The position numbers were made by a program, and so were the translations under genes. Under the pieces are notes generated by a model. That model saw only the letters and a program-made list of their open reading frames with translations. It made no database searches and was not told the origin of the DNA. A DNA stretch of 64,000 nt, taken from contig OZ286469.1 in the NCBI GenBank assembly GCA_965644265.1, forward strand, positions 61,628,001 to 61,692,000, in the 5' to 3' direction. This stretch comes from Glycera tridactyla (lineage: Eukaryota). Below, piece after piece: positions 1 to 11,121 of the stretch (position 1 is its first letter; every line of letters starts with the position of its first letter).

Positions 1-431
1 ACTAGGTAGAAGCTAATAGATTCTAATTATCATCAGGCAGTAATGGCCTGAAGGAATCAATTCACATCCACAGCCTCTCGGCTGGAGGCAGGTGATTGTC
101 TATGCTGGATCCATAAATGTATGTCAACCCCATTAGTGCGATGTGTTAGTGTTGCAGAGAGAGGATTCATGGCAGCCATCATGGAGTAAATTGCAGCCCT
201 GTCAAAACATGTCGGACACTGGGCAAATACAAAGGCTTGCAGGTGACGTTAGCCTGACAACTGCTGCAGTATTCATTTATGTAAGACTGCAGTGTTTGTG
301 GAAATATCTCTAACCATCGACATGTCAGAGGAAAATCCTCAGCTGTCAGATCAAATCTGCACTTTGTCTGACAAACTGTCTGATGTGCTGGATGGAATCC
401 ATGTAACCAGTTGTTCAGTATCATGGATTAG

Positions 432-853
432 TAGGGGTGGGACGATTCACCGAAATTTCGATAATATCGATCGTTTGCAAAAGAAACAATTGTTTCGGAA
501 CTAGTAGGAGTGTTTCGAAGTGTTTCGAAATACAGAGAAACATGGCTGATGAGTACTCACATATGCCAATAGATACAGAAAATGCACCTTGTTAAAAAAA
601 AAACATTGCGGAGAGCCCGAATGATGGAGATTCGATGAACATTTTACTAGAAATGTCTTTATATTCGATAGTAATTGGCAATATTTCATGGCCAACCCTA
701 ATTTGGGTGGCTTGCTCATGTCATTGGCAACAAGGAGGACCACGCCAGACTCCTGAAAGAGGGTTGTATGGCATTTCGTTTCGTCATTCATTTCGTGAGG
801 TGTGTTTCTAGAAATGTTTCGTATCGTGACCATAGTGTTTCGTCCCAGCCCTA
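432..853. mobile_element. Non-autonomous hAT-type MITE (422 bp)
   Basis: TIRs TAGGGGTGGGACGA / TCGTCCCAGCCCTA (13/14 match); perfect 8-bp TSD TGGATTAG (424-431 and 854-861); many subterminal TTTCG/CGAAA motifs. Confidence 0.9.
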
Positions 854-1646
854 TGGATTAGGTGATTAAATCAGGCATTATCTTAAATTCCATGCCATCC
901 TGATATGAAGTGATACATGACAGGCAATTTTTCAGGATTGGCCCTTGTACTAGCTTGCTTTAAAATGTTTGTCAAGATGGTTCAATTCCTCTATGTATCA
1001 CAGTCTGTGATAACAGACCAGCTGTTTAGACTCAACTTTATGGAAATCCTGTTGCATTTTTGACGTCATGGAAGATCCATCAAATTAGAGACCACCTTGT
1101 TAATAAAACCACTTATTGGCAATTAGGATGGTTTCATTAGAGGTTTCAATTGCTTGAGAGAAGTTTGCAACAGTTGAGGGCATAACCACTGGGTACAACT
1201 GACTGCAGGTTAATTTGCCAGCATTCAGGCTGCTATTTATGAGTTCCGCAAGTTATTAAAGTGATTTTTAACTATTTAGCATTGATGAATAGCATCCATA
1301 ATTCACGTAATTCATCCATCATATATGCAGCTAATGAGCCCATCTACTATCGGTTGTAGTGTCACTTTTAACTCTTTAATGTAAGCTTACCAGGATACCA
1401 TAATTTAACAGTGAATTTCTCAAGCCTTCCGGTTCTTGAATTGTTTATTCTATATTTTGTCTGAAAAGAGTAACACTAATTGAGAGTTGGGTATTTTTCG
1501 TTACAATTTTGATGTACCCACAGGGGCAGATGCTGCCAGATGCTTACCATAGTTTTTAAAAACACAACCAGCAACATCTAGTTCACTTCTGAGTGCAGCT
1601 GAACTCTAGCTTGGTTTGAACCGTGGAAGCACTCTTTAGCCCACGA

Positions 1647-1760
1647 CAGTGTAGCCTGTGATGATCCCTTTTTTCGGGGCAGCTTTTATATTTGACATAG
1701 TCAAATATACCCCTGAACAGAGACCACCTCTTTTGAGAGACTGTATTTTGTTGACATCCA
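1647..1760. mobile_element. TA-MITE internal fragment (further relics at approx. 1085-1151, 6930-7095, 15092-15292, 24739-24815, 27188-27295, 35570-35752, 36079-36110)
   Basis: Shares GGGCAGCTTTT-ATTTGACATAGTCAAATATACC-GAGACCACCTCTTTTGAGAGAC with the intact copies; boundaries approximate. Confidence 0.65.
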
Positions 1761-2752
1761 ACCTTGACCATAGCAGTGTCATCACATGGTTTTGCTTTCT
1801 GTGTCCATATTGTTTGATTTAGCAGGTCAGTGAAAAAAATCCATGGTTTGAAGTTAGTATGTCAATCATTTATCAGATAATTTGTAACACATGGAGATGA
1901 AAGCTTACATGATGAGAGAATTCAGAACAGAAAATATTACTGAGGGATATGAATTGATGGGATTGTAACATCAAGGAAGCTTTACAGTGGTCACTCTGGA
2001 TCTAATTGATTCAGCTTCTCAGTTAACTGGTGTCATGATATGCAATCAAACAGTTTATACATCGNNNNNNNNNNNNNNNNNNNNNNNNNNNNNNNNNNNN
2101 NNNNNNNNNNNNNNNNNNNNNNNNNNNNNNNNNNNNNNNNNNNNNNNNNNNNNNNNNNNNNNNNNNNNNNNNNNNNNNNNNNNNNNNNNNNNTCATTTAC
2201 CTACAAGTAGTGTGCCAGGTGTAACTCACCAAATGAGCTAATATACAGCCATCTGGACCAGTTCCAAAAACATTCCGCCCAAACATGATTTTTGTCGAAT
2301 ACACCCAGTGTTAACCCACAATATTGGGTCCATTCCATCAAACTACGTAGTATAGTCTACTTCAAAAAGGGATGCTTGGCAGGGTGCAGATAATTGAAAT
2401 AGTGTACAGAATCAAGTGAAAAAGGCTAGCCTGGAGGTCGCTGGCATTTAGTGAATTATGGTGCTCTTGTACCAGTCAGTGTACGGATTTATCAACATCA
2501 CATTTCTGCTTTCTGTAGGTCCGACTCCTGTCAGTTGAAATTTTACAAGGCTCTCTAAGTTATCGTCAATTATGGACATAATTTACTATATTTTGAAGAG
2601 TATTTGGAGGTGACACTAAGTACTTGAATGTCATTACTTTTGTGTGGAAGTTTCGTTTCAAAATTTAGAGATATTTTAGATGAAACTATGTTACACGATA
2701 CACCATGAAATGTACAAATTACACTTCCAGAAATCATCTGATTTCTGTGGTC

Positions 2753-2900
2753 CACATAGCTCAGCGTGCTCCTCCACAGGCTAGGCGGTTGGTGCCATGC
2801 TAGAGATCCGAGGTTCAAATCCACAAGAGATCGGATGATTTCTGAAAATGTAATTTGTACATTTCAATCACCTTCCATTGCGTGAAATTTCACCATAAAA
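2753..2900 (+). mobile_element. tRNA-derived SINE
   Basis: A-box-like TAGCTCAGCG (2757-2766) and B-box GGTTCAAATCC (2812-2822); homologous copy at 23658-23800; body fragments at 2640-2752 (minus strand) and 16615-16662. Confidence 0.7.
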
Positions 2901-5900
2901 AAGACATATTTTGATGATGGAGCAGAATGGGTGACCAGTAACCAACACTAATCATGCATTGTATATAAGGCAACCTTTACCCCTGGTCTCCACTTGCAAG
3001 GATTGTAGTCCATCTTATAATCAGGGTGATGTCAGAGTAGAGTATAGGAACAAACATTAACAGCTCCAGTGTCTGAAAGTGTCCTAGACCAAACAAGTGA
3101 ACAAGCCGAAGTTACGGAGTTGATTGCAGTATGCCGGGCAGATCGGGCAAGTTGTTGCTCCCCGCATAATGATATTAGTGATTCCCATCTAACTGTGTAC
3201 TGGCCCTCTCACTTAACCCTAACGTCACCTTTCAGCCCTTTCAATCACATTGCCACCGGCCAGTTCTCATTCACCTTATTCAGCGTCCCTTTCAGGGTCC
3301 TCTTCATTGTCTGCTCAATTCGAGATCCAATTGCGGTATGCATTAAATTATTATGGTAATGTAATGAAGGTGTGATCATGCTATAGGAATTGCTGGCACT
3401 GCCATTCAATATGTCTGGATAGATTGAGTGTGGATCTGGCTCACACTCATCTGATAGGTTGTGTTTGAAATTCTGTCAGCATATGGGCAGTCTGATTGAC
3501 CATCCATTCAGGGAAGTGCCCTCTGCTGCATTCTAAATATACTACTACATTGAGGACTGGAATTCTCTGCATCCTGTCTCACATTTGTGGCCAAGGATCC
3601 CAATATTAACACAAAAATTCCAGCTGTTATGGAAGTTCTCAGATGCATTTTCTGCATTGGTTGGATTAACATATTTAGTTACCACATTCATTCTCCAAGG
3701 AAATCAGTAATGTGAGACTGCCTTAAATTGCAATAATAAGGGTCTTACAAAACCCTTTGTTTCCCTTCAGAGTCAACTCTGGCTACTTGACTATAGTGAA
3801 TAGAGGAGGAACTTTTGATGTATGATCTCTGAAAACAGGTATATTCTCATTACAATATTGGTACTATTTTCTAGCGGCTAAAATGACCCAGGATGATGTG
3901 GACATTGAGGTCATCAATCTTGGTGGTCAGAGTCTGAGTTTTGGTTGGGTTACTGTATTCTACTAGTAATGAAAGGCCTATAACAGAAAGACATCGTTAT
4001 TTGGAGTCTGACTGTATACAGGTGACATAAATAGGCAATTCGCCAACTTGAATTCTAGACTGACCATGGGAAATACCATCTGTTAGATAAGCTGGCTATA
4101 GGGATCAAAACACAGTAGACTGCTAGCCACTGAAGCATGCTGGTATTTGTTCCACAAACTGTTGGGCAGTCACTATTGTTGCTCACCCCCTCCCTCAACC
4201 CCACCCTGTGATTGTAATATGCCATTAGTGGGAGATTAATGAGTCTTTGTCATTGTTTGAGGGCAGCAGGTTCTGCATGGTGAATCTAGCAGTATTTAAT
4301 CAGTAGTTAAAGCATCACCAATACACACAATCCCCCATGACCCCCTCCCTACCCCACCAATCCATTTAACAGCACTGGCAAAAGGGGGCTTTACTACCTC
4401 CCTGTGGGTAGCCAAAGGGTTTCAAACATGTTCCCTTTGCATGTAAGGCACTGACATGAAACTGAATCAAGTGAATAATTTCGAAAACTGATGATGGTAA
4501 AGACAGTATTCTAGCTATGATCACTAGAAGGATCTGTGGAGTCCTTTTCCTGGTGGACTAAATAGAAGCAATAGATCAGACCACTATGTTTCAATCAATG
4601 AGCTATAGAAATGAATTGTATCCTGGTCAATCGACACGCCAAATATTTGGAAAGAATAACTGCATGCATCGATCATGCTCCTGTCTTCAATGAATTAGGT
4701 GGGAAGAGAAATTTCACACAGGTCTTTCTGAAACATGACTTGTTATTTCTATCATCAACATGCTACCATTTATTCAACGCCATAAGCTGGACCATGTATT
4801 AGTTATGGTATAAGTTCTAACTCATTTTCCTAAGTGGCAAAATGCAGTGTAAGCTCTGTGATTATGACATTGCGAAAGGTGCTGGAATGAAAACCCAGAT
4901 CCAAGAAGGAAAATTTTTGGGAGGTAGGGTGTAATGGTTCGGAGTACTGATGACTGGCTGGCGTGATCTGTGAGTGTGAGTGCCCTGGGCAACAATTCAA
5001 ATGGAATTGAATAGGAGGAGGAAGTATGGGGTTGTCAGCGTGAGCTTGATATGAATGGTGTGTTGCAGTTGTATTAGCGTACAGCAACCAGCTCGGGCTT
5101 GATTGTGTTTCCGGCCCACCATTGTGCTTCTTATTTGGCACAGAAGAACGATCTGTCTTCCATGTGTGTGTCATTTCCCTGTCTTGTTCAGTGTTGAAAT
5201 TCAATTGGAACACAATTAGTGGAAGTAGCTGTCCAACGCGAGACACGTATGGCATGGATAGAATAAGGTGACACCCAGCAAGTGAATGAAACCAAATCAT
5301 GCAGGTGCTGCAATTTAATTCTGGTGGCACTTCTAAACAAATTTGATGGATAAAGAAATGTGAGCAGGGTGTATACGAGCTTAGTGAGTCCTAACACACA
5401 GGTCAGAATTTCGAATCTTCACCTAATATCATGGGTGGGTGAAGCCCTACTGAATAGAATTCAACCTGGGAATTTCCATATTTTATGAGACTAGATGTCT
5501 GTTTCCATGGCAACTGAAAGCACTTGCTACAAGTTGTAAACTGGCATGTTTTTTTCTGACTTCTTGCTTTTTTGTTCGCTGTAATAGAATTCTCATATCA
5601 TATATGGACAATTTCAGCTCCTATTGACACAAGAAGTAGAACACTACCTGATTGCCCTGATTTTTATGCATCTCTCGAGGCATGTTCAGTCAGCTTCGGA
5701 GAATAAGATCAGAAATCAGTCCCTGCCCTTGTGCCAGTGTTTGAATTATCAGTGAGAGTCTTTTCTAGGAAAGTTAAATCTCTAATAAGTTCATTTTGTT
5801 GTGTCTAGTCATGCAACACTATCACCCACTCTTCACTGCCCTATGTTATCTCCAGTCCTAGCAAGTATACTGGCAACTCTCTCTTAGGTGACAATGATAG

Positions 5901-6083
5901 ATGGGGAGGAGAATAGTCAGCCTATCCTCTTGGTTGAGTCATACTATCACCCATATGAGATTTCATAGTCGGCTCTGATCTGTTGACTGATGAGACATCT
6001 TTGATTGTTGGGGATTGATTCACAGTCAGTCGGGATTTCAGTCATTCATTTCACATTCTGGGCTACAGCAGAGGTTTCCACTA

Positions 6084-6277
6084 CAGTGAAACCTGCGACG
6101 AGAGACCCCCAGACGGGAGACCACCTCCGACGGGAGACCACCTCCGACGGAAGACCGCTTTTTCAGGGCAGCTTTTCTATTTGTCATAGTCAAATATACC
6201 TCCGACGAGAGACCATCACTTTTTAGAGACCGCTTTTTGGTGACATTTAGGGCGGTCTCTCGTCGCAGGTTTCACTG
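6084..6277. mobile_element. TA-flanked MITE (Tc1/mariner/pogo-like termini), intact copy
   Basis: Perfect 24-bp TIR CAGTGAAACCTGCGACGAGAGACC; TA on both sides; internal GAGACCAC repeats. Confidence 0.9.
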
Positions 6278-7576
6278 TAGTTAGGTTGTTGTTGAATGAG
6301 GTTTGTTGTCATGCCAACTTCTGAAGTGCTATATTAGTGCCATCCTTGTGTTCTCCATAGGAAGGAGATGCCTCATTCTGGGTCTTTGATAGAAGGTCAC
6401 AATTCATGATATTCAAAATTTAAAAATTTTGACCATGGGACAAAGATAGCGGGATTATTATGCTTATGACAGAATGGGTGATTCCCTTTTTAGACCTAGT
6501 AATGATTTCATATTCTATAATTATGTTCAGTGATTTCTCTGTTCTCTTAAAATGTGTCCTTGTTTGACTGTGGTGATGCTAAAAGTGGAGGTGCTCTTGT
6601 GGCGCCTCACACATTAGGGGCGTGGATGCATTGAGGTGCTCCATGTGATGAAAAAAGGTCAGTGCTTGGAGGTATTCTGCGCTTTGAAGGGTCAATGTGA
6701 TGTACAAATAGCTGAGATGTCCTTCACATGTGCGCACTCACCAGAGAGCACCTTGACGACAAGTCGGGAATGGCTAATGCAGCGGCAGTTGTTTGAGACA
6801 TGTGCAGGTCATTAAGGCCCCTTCATTAGTAGGCAATGTTCTACATTGGAAAAGCACATGTTCTCTCTGTATTTTGCCCAAAATGTCACACCACAGAATA
6901 TCATCAATGTTGAAAGCACATATATCTTTTCATCCCAATGATGAGAGACTTCCAGCAAGAAGCCAGCTCTGATGGGAGACCAATTTCTTAGGGCAGCTTA
7001 TCTATTTGCCATAGTGAAAAGACCTCTGGCGAGATTCCTCTTCTGCAACATTTTATGTTGACATGAAGCTTGCTCTTTCATCGCAGGTTTCACTGTACTG
7101 AGATATGGATCACAGAATCTGTACCAATAAAAAGATAGGATGATACTTTGTGGAGTACTTTGTGGAGAAATCTATAGGTTGTTGAGTACATTGTATGTAT
7201 AAGCTTTTTGTCTGAAATCCTGTCAGGAAATCAATATGTTTGTCTCTTTGGCCAAAAAGGGAATCTCCCTAGAGTCTATGCATTTTGGACAGTAGCGTCC
7301 ACCTCTTGTATGAAATAGGCATGATTATGATTTTTGCTCATGACAAGAAGTGAAAATGACTATTTAATTTGTCATACCTGGAAAATCCAAGATTCTGAAT
7401 ACTCAGAGAAAGGGGAGTTGACCAACTGGTTGGATGATTGATGGATTGATTTATGCTGAACATTTCTTCAACCCAGACTGGGTTGTATGAATGGGGTTGC
7501 TGGATTATATGAACCCATGCCAAATGTGCTGATGAATGTGGTGAATGATAGTAAATGACCAAATTCAGTCTGCGGA

Positions 7577-7680
7577 GGGGGGGGGGGGGGCTGAATGCTT
7601 ACTTTTACCTGTAGTGGTATTAGGAGGAGGAGGAGGAGGAGGAGGAGGAGGAGGAGGAGGAGGAGGAGGAGGAGGAGGAG
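7577..7680. repeat. Poly-G run and (GGA)n microsatellite (~19 units, 7622-7680)
   Basis: Directly visible. Confidence 0.97.
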
Positions 7681-8036
7681 ACGAGTGCGAGTGCACACCT
7701 AGAGCACGATCAATTAGGCTAACAATTCTGATGCTGTGAATGTGTGTTGATTCTGCTGCCACCCTCTGTTGACATCTATTGTGTATTGCACTGCAACAAA
7801 ACCTCCAACTGCATTCACGTTCATTCACCACCTACCATGGCTTTTACTACACCCACCCAATATGAGTGGTGGCTTCGGTGGCAGGTGCATCCTCTAATCA
7901 GCATCCAACTGGGAACTACCCTCAACTAACTACACTGATGCTGTTAGTGGCTTATCTTCTCTCATCCCCTGCAATAGTGTGATGGTGCTAGAGGACATGA
8001 AGCTGAGGACATCAGGCCTTGTGTACCTCATCAGTA

Positions 8037-8038
<2 letters not shown>

Positions 8039-8087
<49 letters not shown>
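8039..8087. repeat. (TG)24 microsatellite
   Basis: Directly visible. Confidence 0.97.
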
Positions 8088-8088
<1 letters not shown>

Positions 8089-9048
8089 TTACCTTATTAC
8101 ATTTTTGCCAAAATTTCCTCAAAGAAAGCAGGTGCAATTGGTTTGTACAATAGTGGAAGTGAGCAAACTACTGAGGGAGATGGACATTCTCTCTCATGGT
8201 GTGCTCACAGATTCAGATGCTGGTCATCAGATAACAATGTTACCCTCATCAAGAAAATTGGTCGTTCAAGGCAGGTGATCGCTTGCCAGAGGGTAGTTCA
8301 GGACAGGTTTAATTTTTTGCAGATTGGTTGATTATTATTTTGTTGTCCATTCCAGGTATTCTCCTTGGGAGCTTTTTATTATCATCTGTGTCATTGTTAC
8401 CTTGTGGACACCATATCAGTTTGCATGCGTGCCATTATAATCTGTCAACTTCTATACTTATTTGTAGCTATCCTTTGCAGCAGTCCTTTATTGTCTCCGT
8501 GCAATCCTTATTCCGGTTAGAACCTTATTTACCCATAACTGAATAGATACCCACCTATTCTATCCTCTCCTCCAAAGCACATACCATTTTCTCAGAGTAT
8601 ACAGCAACCGGTTGGTCGAGTAGATCACTGAAGATGAGTATATGGTATTAATATACTAATATAACAAAATTTGACTAGAAGGTTTTTGGAACCTGGTAGT
8701 AGCCAAGATCAGCACTTTTTGCTGGCATACTTCGTATTTTATTTGTGTTTTTGTACCTATGAAATGTTGCTACATCCGCCAGAGTAAATAAAGTTTTTGT
8801 CATTGTCATGTCATGTCATTGTCATTGTCTTTTGTTGGCTAAAATTAGAGTCGTGTGAAAGAACGGAGGTGATGGATGACTTTGGAGATCATGATATGAT
8901 CATGTCTAGTGATGAAGACGCTGATTTTTGTTGGCCTCCAATGTCGGAATATCTTCAATGTCGAACAAGCTACACAAGCCTGCTTCTTGATAAATTTGAG
9001 TGTTTCCTCAGCTTGAGGCTAATGAGTGTGATGTTTTGTTTGTTACAG

Positions 9049-9138
9049 AGGAGATCACATCTGCGTTCAGACGATTCGGACCTCTTGTTGTTGACTGGCC
9101 ACACAAAGCAGAAAGTAAATCATACTTTCCACCAAAAG
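9049..9138 (+). CDS. orb2: CPEB2/3/4 (Orb2-type) internal coding exon, RRM1 part (EEITSAFRRFGPLVVDWPHKAESKSYFPPK/G)
   Basis: Acceptor ttgttacag|AG and donor AAAG|gtgagt; 90 nt, phase 1 at both ends; peptide matches the CPEB2/3/4 RRM1 motif FRRFGPLVVDWPHKAESKSYFPPKG. Confidence 0.97.
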
Positions 9139-9320
9139 GTGAGTTAACATTCTCTTCAATATTTTCACTTCATCTTATTGGGGAGGGTCATTTGTGATGT
9201 ATATGAGAACTAGTCACACAATGTACTAGATTCAGGTGTATGCCATGAATAGGTCCTGTGAAGATACCAATACAGCACAAGTTTTCTTTAACTTATGATT
9301 TTGACATAATTTGATGAATA

Positions 9321-10348
9321 CGGTGAAACCTGTCTTGGGAGACCCCTCTTTTGGGAGACCACCCTCCAATGGGAGACCGCTCTTTATCAACTCTCCTCTA
9401 TTTGACATAGTCAAATATACCTCCAATGAGAGACCATCTGTCTTTGAGAGACCGCTTTTTGTTGGCCTTTACGGCAGGGTTCGCACGCGTCCTGGAATCC
9501 TGGAAAAGTTATGGAAAATTGCCAAATCAAATTCCAGGACTGGAAAAGTTATGGAAAAATGAAATTTTCCAGATATGTCCTGGAATTGTCCTGGAATTCT
9601 GAGAAAATGCTGAAATTATCTAACTTTTGGCGATAAAAAAACTAACAAAAACATGACATCGCCGATGCGCTGCGATCGCGAATTTCAAATTAGGTGTCGG
9701 ATGAAAATCAATCACACCAACGGCAAGATCCCTGTCTGCTGGTCATTTTGGTGTTTAGTTTGTGAAAATCGGACCATTATTAGCTGAGAAATGGCGATTT
9801 TGATATTAGACTTTTTGACAGCTTGAGGAAGATTTGCCTCCGAGACTGTAACTGCTTAGAACTGCACTAGATGGCGGCTATGTAATTTCCCCTCTACTCA
9901 CTAGGTGGCAGTCATGATCTTGATGGCAAGAGGACTTNNNNNNNNNNNNNNNNNNNNNNNNNNNNNNNNNNNNNNNNNNNNNNNNNNNNNNNNNNNNNNN
10001 NNNNNNNNNNNNNNNNNNNNNNNNNNNNNNNNNNNNNNNNNNNNNNNNNNNNNNNNNNNNNNNNNNNNNNNNNNNNNNNNNNNNNNNNNNNNNNNNNNNN
10101 NNNNNNNNNNTGAAATATGAGTTTGTGTGTATGAACCTTCATGGGTGTGAGGTCACACACATACACACACAAACCAACAAATGCATGCATGCGAGCCTTT
10201 CATGCATTTATGCCTTGTTTAGACATATTTTCATGTCCTGAAAAAAATGCCCGATGTCCTGGAAATGTCCTGGAAAAGTTATGGAAAAAAATTCCTTCAA
10301 ATGTGTATGAACCCTGTAACGGGTGGTCTCCCAAGACAGGTTTTACTG
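9321..10348. mobile_element. TA-flanked MITE copy interrupted by a nested element
   Basis: TA-CGGTGAAACCTGTCTTGGGAGACC ... GGTCTCCCAAGACAGGTTTTACTG-TA; near-identical to the 15915 copy apart from the insert. Confidence 0.88.
9475..10316. mobile_element. Non-autonomous DNA transposon nested in the MITE (superfamily not assigned)
   Basis: Ends CAGGGTTC / GAACCCTG; subterminal TCCTGGAA and GGAAAAGTTATGGAAAA repeats at both ends; flanks TTACGG / TAACGG (5/6, possible 6-bp TSD); N-gap inside. Confidence 0.8.
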
Positions 10349-11020
10349 TATAATAGAAATTTCTGTTGACTTTTCACATCTGTATCTGCAACATTTATCC
10401 AATTTGGATTTGAAGATCAAGATGAGACATGGCCGTTCTAAAAGATATCAGAGTCTTGTGGAATAGAATTAGCCAGTGTTCATCCCTTTATTTTGTTGCC
10501 CAAAATATATGGCTTGATTATGAACTGGATTTGATGGTATTCTGTCAGCTTTGTGAGGGATACACACTTTGGGTCACTGAGTAATCTGAGCTCACAGAAA
10601 ACATCTGAATGAAATTGCCTGATTCAGAGAGAGAGGTTGTGACTAGCATCAGTTGAGGCAAGATTTGTGCAGTGCAGATCTGTCATGGATAGACAAGTTG
10701 ATGTTTCCACAAAATAAAAAAAGGATAATGGTGAAAAATGAGCAATCTGAAAAATGGGTTGATTTGATAACAGCTATCTATCATCAACATAAGGAGATTG
10801 CCAGACAAGCTGACAGAAGAGGCCCATTAATGAAATGAATGCAGTTAGATATAATCCACTAAAAGCTGCTTTCAAATATTCGCTGAGTGAAGGATCTTGA
10901 TGGATACCAGAATAAGATGGTTTTTGTATTAAGTCAACAGATGCTGCTGTCAAGCACTCTGTAACGATGATGGCTAGAACCCTGGCAACAATGGCATTTG
11001 TGATGATGAAGTAAGGAGGA

Positions 11021-11076
11021 ATCATCATCATCTTCATCTTCATCTTCATCTTCATCTTCATCTTCATCTTCATCAT

Positions 11077-11117
<41 letters not shown>

Positions 11118-11121
11118 GCAG
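11021..11121. repeat. Compound (CAT)n-(CATCTT)n-(CAT)n-(CAG)n microsatellite
   Basis: Directly visible. Confidence 0.97.

Noticed and set aside
2753-2830. tRNA gene
   Set aside because: A and B boxes are present but no cloverleaf can be built, and it continues into a repeated SINE body.
7468-8331. Poly-Leu, poly-Gly, poly-Pro and Cys-Val ORFs (also 30-32 kb and 58.8-59.8 kb)
   Set aside because: Translations of microsatellites.
1-9048. Preceding CPEB exon (SRKVFVGGLPPDIDE)
   Set aside because: No matching codons were found by eye; probably upstream of the window or in a gap.
11021-11121. CAG repeat as the Q-rich prion-like domain of CPEB/Orb2
   Set aside because: It lies in the intron between two RRM1 exons, has no splice sites, and the prion-like domain is N-terminal, upstream of this window.
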